In this document: positions 23,512 through 32,709 of the stretch, one piece after another
Position numbering within the stretch: the stretch's first letter is position 1
How the letters are laid out: every line of letters starts with the position of its first letter
From: Alphaproteobacteria bacterium
GTDB taxonomy: Bacteria; Pseudomonadota; Alphaproteobacteria; MPNO01
Length of the DNA: 64,000 bases
Direction: 5' to 3'
NCBI GenBank assembly: GCA_965248835.1
Contig: CBDFLJ010000001.1
Span: forward strand, 1,088,001 to 1,152,000
The notes under the pieces: generated by a model
Databases searched by the model: none
Told to the model about the DNA's origin: nothing
Seen by the model: only the letters and a program-made list of their open reading frames with translations
Translations under genes and position numbers: made by a program

Positions 23512-24452
23512 ATCTATCGATCCAGATCGGCGACGTGCTGCTGTCCAACCCGGTGATGCCGGCATCGGGCGCGTTTAGCTGGGAATATGCCGACGTGATC
23601 GACCTCAACCGGCTGGGCGGGCTGGTCGCCAAGACCATCTGCAAGGAGCCGCGCAACGGCAACCCGACCCCGCGCATGGCCGAGACCGAGGCCGGGATCA
23701 TCCAGTCGATCGGCTTGCCGGGCAAGGGGGTCCACTACTTCCTCGACCACATCGTGCCCGAATACAAGAAATTCACCCCGCCGTTCATCGCCAGCGTCTC
23801 GGCCGAGACGGCCGAGGAGTTTGCCGAGATGTGCCGCATCCTGTCGGTGCCGGAGATCGACGTGCTGGAGGTCAACATCTCCTGTCCGACGCGCAGTGCC
23901 ACCGGCGGCAACTTCGCGCTCCACAACGAGCATACCAAGCGGGTGATGAGCGACATAAGGGCTGCCACCGACCATCCGGTGTGGGCAAAGCTGTCGCCGA
24001 ACGCCGGCGACATCGTCTCGATCGCGGTCGCGGCCGAGGAGGCCGGCGCCGATGCGCTGGTCATCGCCAACACCTTCCTGTCTCTCAAGATCCGCACCGA
24101 CAACTTCCGCCCGGCGCTCGGCAACAAGTTCGGCGGTCTGGTCTCGCCCGCTCTCAAGCCGATCGTGCTGCGGATGGTCTACCAGGTGGCCAAGGAGGTC
24201 TCGGTTCCGGTGATCGGCATCGGCGGGGTGACCAAGGCGGAGGACGTGGTCGAATATATGCTGGCGGGCGCCTGCGGGGTCGGCATCGGCTATGCCGGCT
24301 TCCGCAACCCGACGGCGCTGACCGCGATCATCGACGACCTGGAAGCCTGGTGCGACGACCGCGGTATCGAAAGGGTCAGCGAACTGATCGGCGCGGTGCG
24401 CGACGACGACATGGAGACCGACACGCTGGCCGCCGCCGCGGTCGGCGTCTGA
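23505..24452 (+). CDS. Family 1B dihydroorotate dehydrogenase-like FMN enzyme (divergent)
   Basis: NPVMPASG, K....PR.GNPTPR.AET, EVNISCP, KLSPN, ANT, GGL, IGIGGV; overlaps the pyrK-like stop. Confidence 0.88.
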   Translation: MVDLSIQIGDVLLSNPVMPASGAFSWEYADVIDLNRLGGLVAKTICKEPRNGNPTPRMAETEAGIIQSIGLPGKGVHYFLDHIVPEYKKFTPPFIASVSAETAEEFAEMCRILSVPEIDVLEVNISCPTRSATGGNFALHNEHTKRVMSDIRAATDHPVWAKLSPNAGDIVSIAVAAEEAGADALVIANTFLSLKIRTDNFRPALGNKFGGLVSPALKPIVLRMVYQVAKEVSVPVIGIGGVTKAEDVVEYMLAGACGVGIGYAGFRNPTALTAIIDDLEAWCDDRGIERVSELIGAVRDDDMETDTLAAAAVGV

Positions 24453-24467
24453 GGCGAACGCGCGATC

Positions 24468-24644
24468 TCAGTTCGTCGATTGGGTGTCCTGTTCGGCCGC
24501 CTCGTAGGCGCGCAAGCGCTCTTCCCTGTCGGATTCAGCCAACGCGAGCACGCGTGCCAGCACCTGTTCGTCGGTCTCGCCCGCCGTCTCGCGCAGCGAG
24601 CGGATCCGTTGCAGGACACCATCGGAGACCATGATCGACGGCAT
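24468..24644 (-). CDS. Small (58 aa) putative ribbon-helix-helix protein
   Basis: GGGGAGGG RBS before ATG; MPSIMVSDGVLQRIRSLRETAGETDEQVLARVL fits a strand-helix-helix pattern; fills the intergenic gap. Confidence 0.55.
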   Translation of the reverse strand: MPSIMVSDGVLQRIRSLRETAGETDEQVLARVLALAESDREERLRAYEAAEQDTQSTN

Positions 24645-24728
24645 TGAGCCCTCCCCGATCCGGCTTGTTCGGAACATCCACTATGATGACGCGGACTCCG
24701 GATCGTCAACCGGCCGGCCGATGACAGC

Positions 24729-25972
24729 ATGAACGAGACCAAGCCGCAGGCCTTCGCCGCGCTGCGCCATCCCGGCGGGCGCGCCTATCTCGGCGGCGCG
24801 ATGCTGGCGATGATGGCCGACAACATCGAGCACGTGATCAGCTACTGGATGATCTTCCAGAAGTTCGAATCACCCGCGCTGGCCGGGTTCGCGGTGTTCT
24901 CCCATTGGGTCCCGTTCCTGCTGTTCTCGGTCTATGCCGGCGGCTTGCCGACCGGTTCGACCCGCGGCGGATCATCCAGGTCGGCATGGTGCTGTTCATG
25001 CTGGTCTCGTTCGGCTGGGGCGTCCTGTTCCTGACCGATTCGATGCAGATGTGGCACGCCGCCGTCCTTCTGGTCATCCACGGCTTTGCCGGCGTCATCT
25101 GGGCCCCGGCGGCCCAGCTCCTGGTCCACGACATCGTCGGCCGCGACCAGCTCCAGAGCGCGGTGCGCATGATCGCCTCGGGCCGGACGCTGGGCGTCCT
25201 GCTGGGTCCCGCGGTCGGCGGCGCGCTGATGCTGTCGTTGGGGCCGGCCTACGGCATTCTCTTGAACATCTTCATCTTCCTGCCGCTGACGCTGTGGCTT
25301 TGGAAGGCACCCTACGGCCCGGCTTTTCGCGGCACCCCGCGCGCGGCGCGGCAGGCGATCTCCGGTCTTGCCGATATGCTGGCGACCCTGCGCACCATCG
25401 CCTCCGACAAGACCATCCTTTCGATGCTCGTGCTGGCCGGATGCGCATCCTTCCTGGTCGGCAACGCCCACCAGGCGCAGATGCCGCAATTCGCCCGCGA
25501 CCTGGGACATGGCGGCGGCGGGCTGCACTATAGCGCGCTGCTCGCCGCCAACGCGGCGGGCGCTCTGATCGCCGGCATCGCGCTGGAAAGCCGCGGACTG
25601 CTTGCTGCGCGCCCCCGGACCGCCTTCTTCCTGGTGTTCGTCTGGTGCGCGATCATCGCGGGGTTTGCGGCCGCGACCAGCTACCCGTTGGCGCTGGGGC
25701 TGCTGGTCGTCGCGGGCTTCCTCGATCTGTCCTACAACGCGATGGCGATGACCCTGGTCCAGCTCAACGCCCCGCCGGAGATCCGCGGCCGGGTGGTCGG
25801 GCTCTACAACATGTCCTCGCTGGGCCTGCGCTCGTTCAGCGGCATTACCGTCGGGCTCGGCGGCAGCCTGATCGGCATCCACTGGTCGCTGGGCCTGAGC
25901 GCCGGCGCGCTGCTGGCGGCGACGATCGTCCTGCTGCCGCTGATGCTGGGCGGCGGCGCGCGGCGCGGATGA
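24729..25972 (+). pseudogene. MFS transporter interrupted by a one-base frameshift near 24943 (pseudogene or sequence error)
   Basis: ORF 24729 reads ...LFSVYAG and the 24905 frame continues LADRFDPRRII; joined they restore MFS motif A (G.LADRF.PRR). Confidence 0.85.
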
Positions 25973-26668
25973 CTATTCCGCCGCCGCCAGGCCGGCCTGT
26001 TCCATCATGGCGATGGCCTGCTCGGTGGTGCGCACATCGCCCGAGACCTGGATGAAGTTGCCGAGCGTGGCCTCGTGCAGCGCCGGCACGGCCGCCGCGC
26101 ATCCGTCGGAGATCATGATGGTCTTGAAGTCCATCATCATCGCGTCGCGCGCGGTGCATTCGCAGCACGTGTTGGTCACCGTGCCGGTCACCAGGACCGT
26201 GTCGATGCCGGCCGCACGCAGCCGTTCGGCGATGTCGGAGCTGTTCGGCAGGAAGGCGCTGAACCGGGTCTTGTCGATAATCATGTCGCCGTCGACGACC
26301 GCGAGCTCCGGCCACAGCGCGTGACCGTCCGAGCCCGGGACGAAGCCCGCCTTGAGCTGCCGGGCGAGCTCGGGGCGGATCATGTCGTCGTAGAAAATGC
26401 GCCAGGGGCTGGCCGGATCGTAGGTCATCCGCACCCAGGCGACCGTCCCGCCGCGGGCGCGCAGGGCCTCCGCCAGCCGGTTGACGTCGGGGACGATCGC
26501 CCGGGCATCGGCGACGGCGTAGTCCGACCAATCGGCCATGAAGATGTTCTGCAAGTCGATCACCACCAGCGCTGTCTTCGCCGGCTCGATGTGCTCGAAA
26601 GGGTGCAGCCGGCCGCGGATCTTGACGATCCTCTCGGCCAGGCCCGGTGCAAGGTCGCTCTGCTTCAT
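25973..26668 (-). CDS. Cysteine hydrolase (isochorismatase family amidohydrolase)
   Basis: ALVVIDLQN (Asp), KTRFSAF (Lys), GTVTNTCCECTARDA (Cys) triad. Confidence 0.9.
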   Translation of the reverse strand: MKQSDLAPGLAERIVKIRGRLHPFEHIEPAKTALVVIDLQNIFMADWSDYAVADARAIVPDVNRLAEALRARGGTVAWVRMTYDPASPWRIFYDDMIRPELARQLKAGFVPGSDGHALWPELAVVDGDMIIDKTRFSAFLPNSSDIAERLRAAGIDTVLVTGTVTNTCCECTARDAMMMDFKTIMISDGCAAAVPALHEATLGNFIQVSGDVRTTEQAIAMMEQAGLAAAE

Positions 26669-26681
26669 TTTCCGGTCCTTC

Positions 26682-27449
26682 CTATCGGCCCATCAGATGG
26701 GTCTTGAACATGGCCATGATCGCGGCCCAGTCCTTTGCGGTCGCCTGGGCGTCGTGGATGTCCCGGTCGGGCAGGGCATAGCCGTGATCGACCCCGGTAT
26801 GGACCGCATGGGTATAGTCGACCTCCAGCGGCGCGCAAAACGCCCCGATCGCCTCGATCACCTCGGGCGGCGAGAAGCGGTCGAGCGCGCCGAACCCGCA
26901 ATAGAGCCCGCCCCCCATGCGCGCGGCCAGCAGGTGCGGCGAGCCCGGGCCGTCGGTGACCAGCGCCGTTCCGTGCAGACTCGCCACAGCCCGAAAGTTC
27001 TCCGGGTAGTGCCCGGCGGCATGGAAGACATGCCGGCCGCCCATGCAATAGCCCACGCCGCCCATCGCCGAGACATCGACCGGTTCGGTGAGCGCCAGAT
27101 GGCCGATGATGGCATCGAGGTCGGCAACGACCAGCTCGTCGCTCAGCCGCTCGCCGGTCGCGATGATCTCGCGCTGGGTCGGCTCGGGGAGTCGATGGAG
27201 CGAGATCATCCGCCCGTCATCGTCGTGATAGGCGAACCGGACCTTGCCCATGCGGTAGTAGAAGTCGGGCACCAGGGCGAAATATCCCGCCGCGGCAATG
27301 TCCCGCGCGATGCCGTAGAGCTCCGCGCGCACGCCCCAGATGTCCTGGAACACGACCACGACCGGATGGGGGGCCAAGTCCGGCGGCTCAACGGCGAAGG
27401 CTTCCATCGTACCCGCGCCGGTGGTGATCTCGATGGTCCTTTCGCGCAC
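26682..27449 (-). CDS. Dienelactone hydrolase family protein
   Basis: QDIWGVR, GYFALVPDFYYR, GYCMGG nucleophile elbow, HGY; GTG start with GGAGG RBS. Confidence 0.9.
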   Translation of the reverse strand: MRERTIEITTGAGTMEAFAVEPPDLAPHPVVVVFQDIWGVRAELYGIARDIAAAGYFALVPDFYYRMGKVRFAYHDDDGRMISLHRLPEPTQREIIATGERLSDELVVADLDAIIGHLALTEPVDVSAMGGVGYCMGGRHVFHAAGHYPENFRAVASLHGTALVTDGPGSPHLLAARMGGGLYCGFGALDRFSPPEVIEAIGAFCAPLEVDYTHAVHTGVDHGYALPDRDIHDAQATAKDWAAIMAMFKTHLMGR

Positions 27450-27509
27450 CGCGCACCTCCGGAACGACAGCTTCGGCCAAGCCGGGCGCGCGCGCAAGCC
27501 GGGCGTTGT

Positions 27510-27538
27510 TTCACCCCGCCAGGGTGGTGCGCTATAAC
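27510..27538 (+). promoter_or_regulatory. Candidate sigma70 promoter for the Mo-hydroxylase-ubiD operon
   Basis: TTCACC-17 nt-TATAAC, about 75 nt upstream of ATG 27615. Confidence 0.4.
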
Positions 27539-27614
27539 CGGGCCGGGAGCGGGGACGGACACGGATGGGCGAGACCGCAACACACGCGTGGCTTGCGCGC
27601 AAGCAAAACCGCCG

Positions 27615-28472
27615 ATGAAGCCCGCGCCGTTCGAATATCACGCGCCGGCCACCGTCGATGATGCGGTGGCCATCCTGGGCGAGGTCGCGCCCGAGGACGG
27701 CAGGGTGCTGGCCGGCGGCCAGAGCCTCGCGCCGACGATGGCATTCCGCCTGGCCCGGCCGGCGCACCTGGTCGATATCAACCGGATCGCCGGGCTCGAC
27801 GCGATAACGCTCGAGGACGGATTGCTGTCGATCGGCGCGACCGCCCGGCACGCGGCCTTTCACCGGCCGGTCGTCGATGGTCCGCTGGGCGCGCTCCTGA
27901 GCGGCGTGGTCCGCCACATCGCCCATTATCCGATCCGTATCCGCGGGACGTTCTGCGGCAGCATCGCCCATGCCGACCCGGCCTCGGAATGGTGCCTGGT
28001 AGCCGCCACGCTGGATGCGGAGATGACGGCGCGCAGCACGCGCGGCGTGCGCACGATCGCGGCCGACGACTTCTTCGACTGGGTGATGCTCACCGCGCTT
28101 GCCGAGGACGAGATCCTGGTCGCGACCCGGCTGCCGCTGCTTGCCGAGGACGTGCGCTGGGGGTTCTGCGAATTCTCCCGTCGCGCCGGCGATTTTGCGA
28201 TCGCGATGGCGCTGGCGGTATACCGCGACGTGGACGGTGTGATCGTCGAGCCGCGGATCGGCGTCGGCGGCGCCGAAGGCCGGCCGCGGCGCATCGCCGA
28301 GGCGGAAGCCGTGCTGGCCGGCAAGCCGGCCGAGACGGCGCTGTTCGGCGAGGCGGCACAGGCCGCGGCGGCCGCGCTCGATCCGATGGAGGACCACCAG
28401 GCGAGCGCGCTCTACCGCCGCGAGCTGGCTGCCGCCATGGTCGACCGGGCGCTTGAAAGTGCGGCATCGTGA
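27615..28472 (+). CDS. Molybdenum hydroxylase FAD-binding medium subunit (CoxM/CutM family)
   Basis: MKPAPFEYHAP, LAGGQSL, R.RGT.CGSIAHADPASE, RRAGDFA. Confidence 0.93.
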   Translation: MKPAPFEYHAPATVDDAVAILGEVAPEDGRVLAGGQSLAPTMAFRLARPAHLVDINRIAGLDAITLEDGLLSIGATARHAAFHRPVVDGPLGALLSGVVRHIAHYPIRIRGTFCGSIAHADPASEWCLVAATLDAEMTARSTRGVRTIAADDFFDWVMLTALAEDEILVATRLPLLAEDVRWGFCEFSRRAGDFAIAMALAVYRDVDGVIVEPRIGVGGAEGRPRRIAEAEAVLAGKPAETALFGEAAQAAAAALDPMEDHQASALYRRELAAAMVDRALESAAS

Positions 28473-28954
28473 GCGGCAAACTCGCAATCACGCTCACCGT
28501 CAACGGGCGCGCCTACGAGATCGAGGTCGAGCCGCGCCGGACACTCGCCGATACCATCCGCGAGCGCTGCGGGCTGACAGGCACCCATCTCGGCTGCGAG
28601 CACGGGGTGTGCGGAGCGTGCACGATCCTGTTCGACGGGGCGCCGATCAGGAGCTGCCTGATGTTCGCCGTCCAGGCCGACGGCGCGGAGCTGCGCACGG
28701 TCGAGGGGCTTGCCGACGGCGAGGTTCTGCACCCCCTGCAGCGCGCCTTCATCAAGAATCACGGCCTGCAGTGCGGCTTCTGCACCCCGGGCTTCCTGAT
28801 GCTCGCCGCCGGCATCCTGGAGCGCGAGCCCGGCATCGGCGAGGAAGCGCTGCGCGAGGCGCTGTCGGCGAACCTGTGCCGCTGCACCGGCTACGTCAAC
28901 ATCCTCAAGGCCGTCCAGGAAGCAGCCGTCGAGATGGCGGGCGCCCGCGAATGA
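28469..28954 (+). CDS. Molybdenum hydroxylase 2x[2Fe-2S] small subunit (CoxS/CutS family)
   Basis: GCEHGVCGACT...SC, QCGFCTPG, NLCRCTGY. Confidence 0.95.
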   Translation: MSGKLAITLTVNGRAYEIEVEPRRTLADTIRERCGLTGTHLGCEHGVCGACTILFDGAPIRSCLMFAVQADGAELRTVEGLADGEVLHPLQRAFIKNHGLQCGFCTPGFLMLAAGILEREPGIGEEALREALSANLCRCTGYVNILKAVQEAAVEMAGARE

Positions 28955-31263
28955 CCGACAGCCGGGCCGAGACCTTCATCGGCAGGCGTGTGACCCGCCT
29001 GGAGGACGGACCGCTGGTCACCGGCCAGGGCCTGTTCGCCGCCGACATCGCCTTCGATCACCAGCTCCACATGCGCATCGTGCGCGCCGATCGCGCGCAT
29101 GGCCGGATCGTCTCGATCGACACAAGTGCGGCCTTGGCCGCGCCAGGCGTGAGCGCGGTATGGACGGCGGCCGAGGTTGCGGACATCGGTCCGATCGCGT
29201 TCCGCCCAACCCGGGTCACCGGACTCGAGCCCTACCGCCAGCCGATCCTCGCATCGGGAAGAGTGCGCTATGTCGGCGAGCCGGTCGCGGCGGTCTTCGC
29301 CGATGATCCCTATCGCGGCGAAGACGCGGCCGAGCTGGTCGTCGCCGAAATCGACGATCTGCCACCGATCCTCGCCGCCGATGCGGCCCCCGGGCCGTTC
29401 GATGAGGGGCGCGATACCGAGGCGCATGTGCTGCGCAAGAGCCGCGGCGAGATCGGACCGGCCTTCGCCGCCGCCCATGCGGTGGTCGAGCTCGACCTCG
29501 AGATCGGCCGGCATTCCGCCGTGCCGATGGAGACAAGAGGCGCGCTCGCCCGCTTTGACGCCGCGCGCGACGTCCTGGAGCTGCACGGCGCGGCCAAGCG
29601 GCCGCATTTCAACCGCGACCAGCTCGCCCGCGCGCTCGGCCGCAGCCCGTCGTCGGTGCAGCTTTACGAGAGCCATATCGGCGGCGGGTTCGGCGTGCGC
29701 GGCGAGCTCTATCCCGAGGACTACCTGGTCTGCCTCGCGGCTCTGCGGCTCGGCCGGCCGGTCAAGTGGATCGAGGACCGCTGGGAGAACCTCCAGGCCG
29801 CCAACCAGTCGCGCGGCCAGCGCCACCGGATCCGCGCGGCCGTCGATGCGGACGGACGGCTGCGCGGTATCGAGGACAGGTTCTGGCACGACCAGGGCGC
29901 CTATATCCGCACCCATGGCGTCCGGGTGCCGGATATGACCGCCGGCATGCTGACCGGCCCGTACCGCGTGCCGGCCTATGCGGTGACCGGCCACGTGCGG
30001 CTGACCAACAAGACGCCGTGCGCGACCTACCGTGCGCCCGGCCGCTACGAGGGCACCTTCGTGCGCGAGCGGCTGATGGACGCGATCGCGGACCGGCTGG
30101 GCCTGGATCCGGTCGCGCTGCGCCGCCGCAACCTTCTGGATTCCGCCGACATGCCCTACGGGCTCGGCATCGACACCATCGACCACGAGGTGATTTACGA
30201 TTCGGGCGACTACGCCCTGTTGCTCGACAAGGCGCTCGAGCGCGCCGGCTGGGAAGCGCTCCAGGAGAGCCTTGCCGAACGCCGCGCGGCCGGCGAACTG
30301 GTCGGCGCCGGATTGGGGTTGTTCGTGGAAAAGAGCGCGCCGGGGCCGGCCGACGGCGTGCGCCTGCGGGTGGATGCGACCGGCGCCGTGGAGCTGGTGA
30401 CCGGGGGCGCCGCGCTCGGCCAGGGCTTCGCAACGGCGATGGCCCAGATCTGCGGACACACGCTGGGCGTCGACTACCGACGCGTACGGGTGGTCCACGG
30501 CCGCACCGACCGGATCGATTACGGCGGCGGCGCCCACTCCTCGCGCGCCACCGTGATGATCGGGGAGGCCACCAGGATCGGCGCGGCCAAACTGAGGGCG
30601 CGGGCGATCGAGGTCGCGGCGGCGCTGATGCAGGCCCCAGCCGAGAGCCTCGACGTGGTCGATGGCGAGGTCGTGCGGGCCGACGGCGGCGCCTCGATGC
30701 CGCTGGCCGAGATCGCCCGCACGTTGGTGCCGTCGTCCGGGCTCGTCGGCGATACCGGCCCCGGGCTCCACGCCGAGGGCTGGTTCCGCACCGACCTGAT
30801 GGTCTATCCCTACGGTGTCCACATCGCCGTCGTGCGGGTCGACCCGGCGACCGGCGCGGTCGCAATCGAGCGCTTCGTGATCGCCTACGACGTCGGCCGG
30901 GCGGTGAACCCGATGATGGTCGAGGGCCAGCTCCACGGCGGCTGCGTGCAGGGGATCGGCGGCGCGCTCTACGAGGAGTTCGCCTATGATGACGCCGGCG
31001 CGCCGCTGTCGGTGACGTTCGCGGACTATCTGCTGCCGGGGCTTTCGGAGACGCCGGCAATCGAGACCCTGCTCACCGAAGACGCGCCGAGCCCGCTCAA
31101 CGGGCTGGGGGTCAAGGGCGCGGGCGAGGGCGGGATCAACGCCGTCGGTGCCGCCGTCGCCGCCGCGATCGATGCCGCGATCGGCGTTCCCGGCGCGATC
31201 AGGCGGCTGCCGGTGACACCGGAGCGGCTGATGACCATACTGAAGCGGGCGGGAAAAGCGTAA
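28951..31263 (+). CDS. Molybdenum hydroxylase large subunit (xanthine dehydrogenase/CoxL family), paralog 1
   Basis: GGGFGVRG, active-site loop ATYRAPGR, YDSGDY, GQG, KGAGEGG; lacks AYRCSFR, so not a form I CO dehydrogenase. Confidence 0.93.
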   Translation: MTDSRAETFIGRRVTRLEDGPLVTGQGLFAADIAFDHQLHMRIVRADRAHGRIVSIDTSAALAAPGVSAVWTAAEVADIGPIAFRPTRVTGLEPYRQPILASGRVRYVGEPVAAVFADDPYRGEDAAELVVAEIDDLPPILAADAAPGPFDEGRDTEAHVLRKSRGEIGPAFAAAHAVVELDLEIGRHSAVPMETRGALARFDAARDVLELHGAAKRPHFNRDQLARALGRSPSSVQLYESHIGGGFGVRGELYPEDYLVCLAALRLGRPVKWIEDRWENLQAANQSRGQRHRIRAAVDADGRLRGIEDRFWHDQGAYIRTHGVRVPDMTAGMLTGPYRVPAYAVTGHVRLTNKTPCATYRAPGRYEGTFVRERLMDAIADRLGLDPVALRRRNLLDSADMPYGLGIDTIDHEVIYDSGDYALLLDKALERAGWEALQESLAERRAAGELVGAGLGLFVEKSAPGPADGVRLRVDATGAVELVTGGAALGQGFATAMAQICGHTLGVDYRRVRVVHGRTDRIDYGGGAHSSRATVMIGEATRIGAAKLRARAIEVAAALMQAPAESLDVVDGEVVRADGGASMPLAEIARTLVPSSGLVGDTGPGLHAEGWFRTDLMVYPYGVHIAVVRVDPATGAVAIERFVIAYDVGRAVNPMMVEGQLHGGCVQGIGGALYEEFAYDDAGAPLSVTFADYLLPGLSETPAIETLLTEDAPSPLNGLGVKGAGEGGINAVGAAVAAAIDAAIGVPGAIRRLPVTPERLMTILKRAGKA

Positions 31264-31278
31264 GGCTGGGAGAGTCCG

Positions 31279-32709
31279 ATGGCCAACAGGGACCTCAGGG
31301 ACTGGATCGCAGAGATCGACAAGGTGGGCGAGCTGCGCCATGTCTCCGGAGCCGAGCGCGAGGAGGAAATCGGCGGGATCACCGACATCTACCAGCGCAG
31401 GATGGGCAACCCGGCGGTGATGTTCGACGACATACCGGGCTTCGCCAAGGGCCATCGGGTGCTGTCCAACCTGCTGACCTCGGTGCCCCGGATCAACATC
31501 ACGCTCGGCCTGCCGGTCGATGCCCCGGAGATGGAACTGATCCGCTACTGGCGCGACTACATGAAAGACGCGCCCACCATCCCGCCGACCACCGTCAACG
31601 GCGGCGCGGTGATGGAGAATTTCTGCGAGGGCGCGGAAATCGACATCGGCAGGATCCCGACGCCCAAATGGCACGAGCACGACGGCGGCTACTTCATCGG
31701 CACCGGCTGCATGGTGATCATGAAAGACCCCGACACCGGCTGGATCAACTACGGCGCCTACCGGGTCCAAGCCCATGACCGCGACGTCGCCTCGGTGATG
31801 ACGTCCAAGGGCAAGCACGGCAACCTGATCATGCGGCGCTACCACGAGCGGGGCGAGGCCTGCCCGATCGCCGTCGTGGTCGGCATGCACCCGGCGCTGT
31901 TCACCATCGCGGGCCTGGAGATTCCCTACGGCAAGAATGAATACGATGCTGCCGGCGGCGTGCTGGGCGAATCGGTCGAGGTCATCAACGGCCCGCATAC
32001 CGGCCTGCCCATCCCGGCCAACGCCGAGATCGCCTTCGAGGGCTGGGTCCACCCGGACGATCTGGTCGAGGAGGGTCCGCTCGGCGAATGGACCGGCTAT
32101 TACGCCGGTGGCCAGCGGCCGCAACCGGCGATCCGGATCGCTTCCTTGATGTACCGCAACAATCCGATCCTGCTGGGCGCGATCCCCGCGGTACCGCCCA
32201 ACGACGATACTTTCTTCCGCGGCACTTATCGCTGCGGAGCGGTGTGGAACCAGCTCGAAGCCGCCGGCGTGCCCGAGGTCAAGGGCGTGTGGTCGCACGA
32301 AGCCGGCGGCTCGCGCATGTGGCTGACGGTGTCGATCAAACAGATGTATGGCGGCCATTCCAAGCAGGCGGGGCTGATCGCCTCGCAATGCCATGCCGGC
32401 GCCTACGCCAACCGCTGGGTGGTGGTGGTCGACGACGACATCGATCCGACCAACATGAACGACGTGGTCTGGGCGATGTGCACCCGTTTCGATCCGCGCG
32501 AGGGGATGGAAACCCTGCGCGGCTGCTGGAGCACCCATCTCGATCCCATGGCCTACAGCCACGACGACCCGCGCAACGCGCGCGTGGTGATCGATGCCTG
32601 CCGGCCGTTCAACCGCCGCGAGACCTTCCCCGTTGTCGCCCGCTCGAGCGCCGAAATGGACGACAAGATGCGCAAGAAGTGGTCGAAGGTCCTGCCGAAG
32701 GGCAGTTAA
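31279..32709 (+). CDS. UbiD-family prFMN-dependent (de)carboxylase, paralog 1
   Basis: DPDTGWINYGAYR, IPANAEIAFEG, EGPLGEWTGYY, VVVVDDDIDP...VVWAMCTR. Confidence 0.93.
   Translation: MANRDLRDWIAEIDKVGELRHVSGAEREEEIGGITDIYQRRMGNPAVMFDDIPGFAKGHRVLSNLLTSVPRINITLGLPVDAPEMELIRYWRDYMKDAPTIPPTTVNGGAVMENFCEGAEIDIGRIPTPKWHEHDGGYFIGTGCMVIMKDPDTGWINYGAYRVQAHDRDVASVMTSKGKHGNLIMRRYHERGEACPIAVVVGMHPALFTIAGLEIPYGKNEYDAAGGVLGESVEVINGPHTGLPIPANAEIAFEGWVHPDDLVEEGPLGEWTGYYAGGQRPQPAIRIASLMYRNNPILLGAIPAVPPNDDTFFRGTYRCGAVWNQLEAAGVPEVKGVWSHEAGGSRMWLTVSIKQMYGGHSKQAGLIASQCHAGAYANRWVVVVDDDIDPTNMNDVVWAMCTRFDPREGMETLRGCWSTHLDPMAYSHDDPRNARVVIDACRPFNRRETFPVVARSSAEMDDKMRKKWSKVLPKGS

Noticed and set aside
24930-24950. Programmed ribosomal frameshift in the MFS gene
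   Set aside because: No slippery sequence or obvious stimulatory structure.
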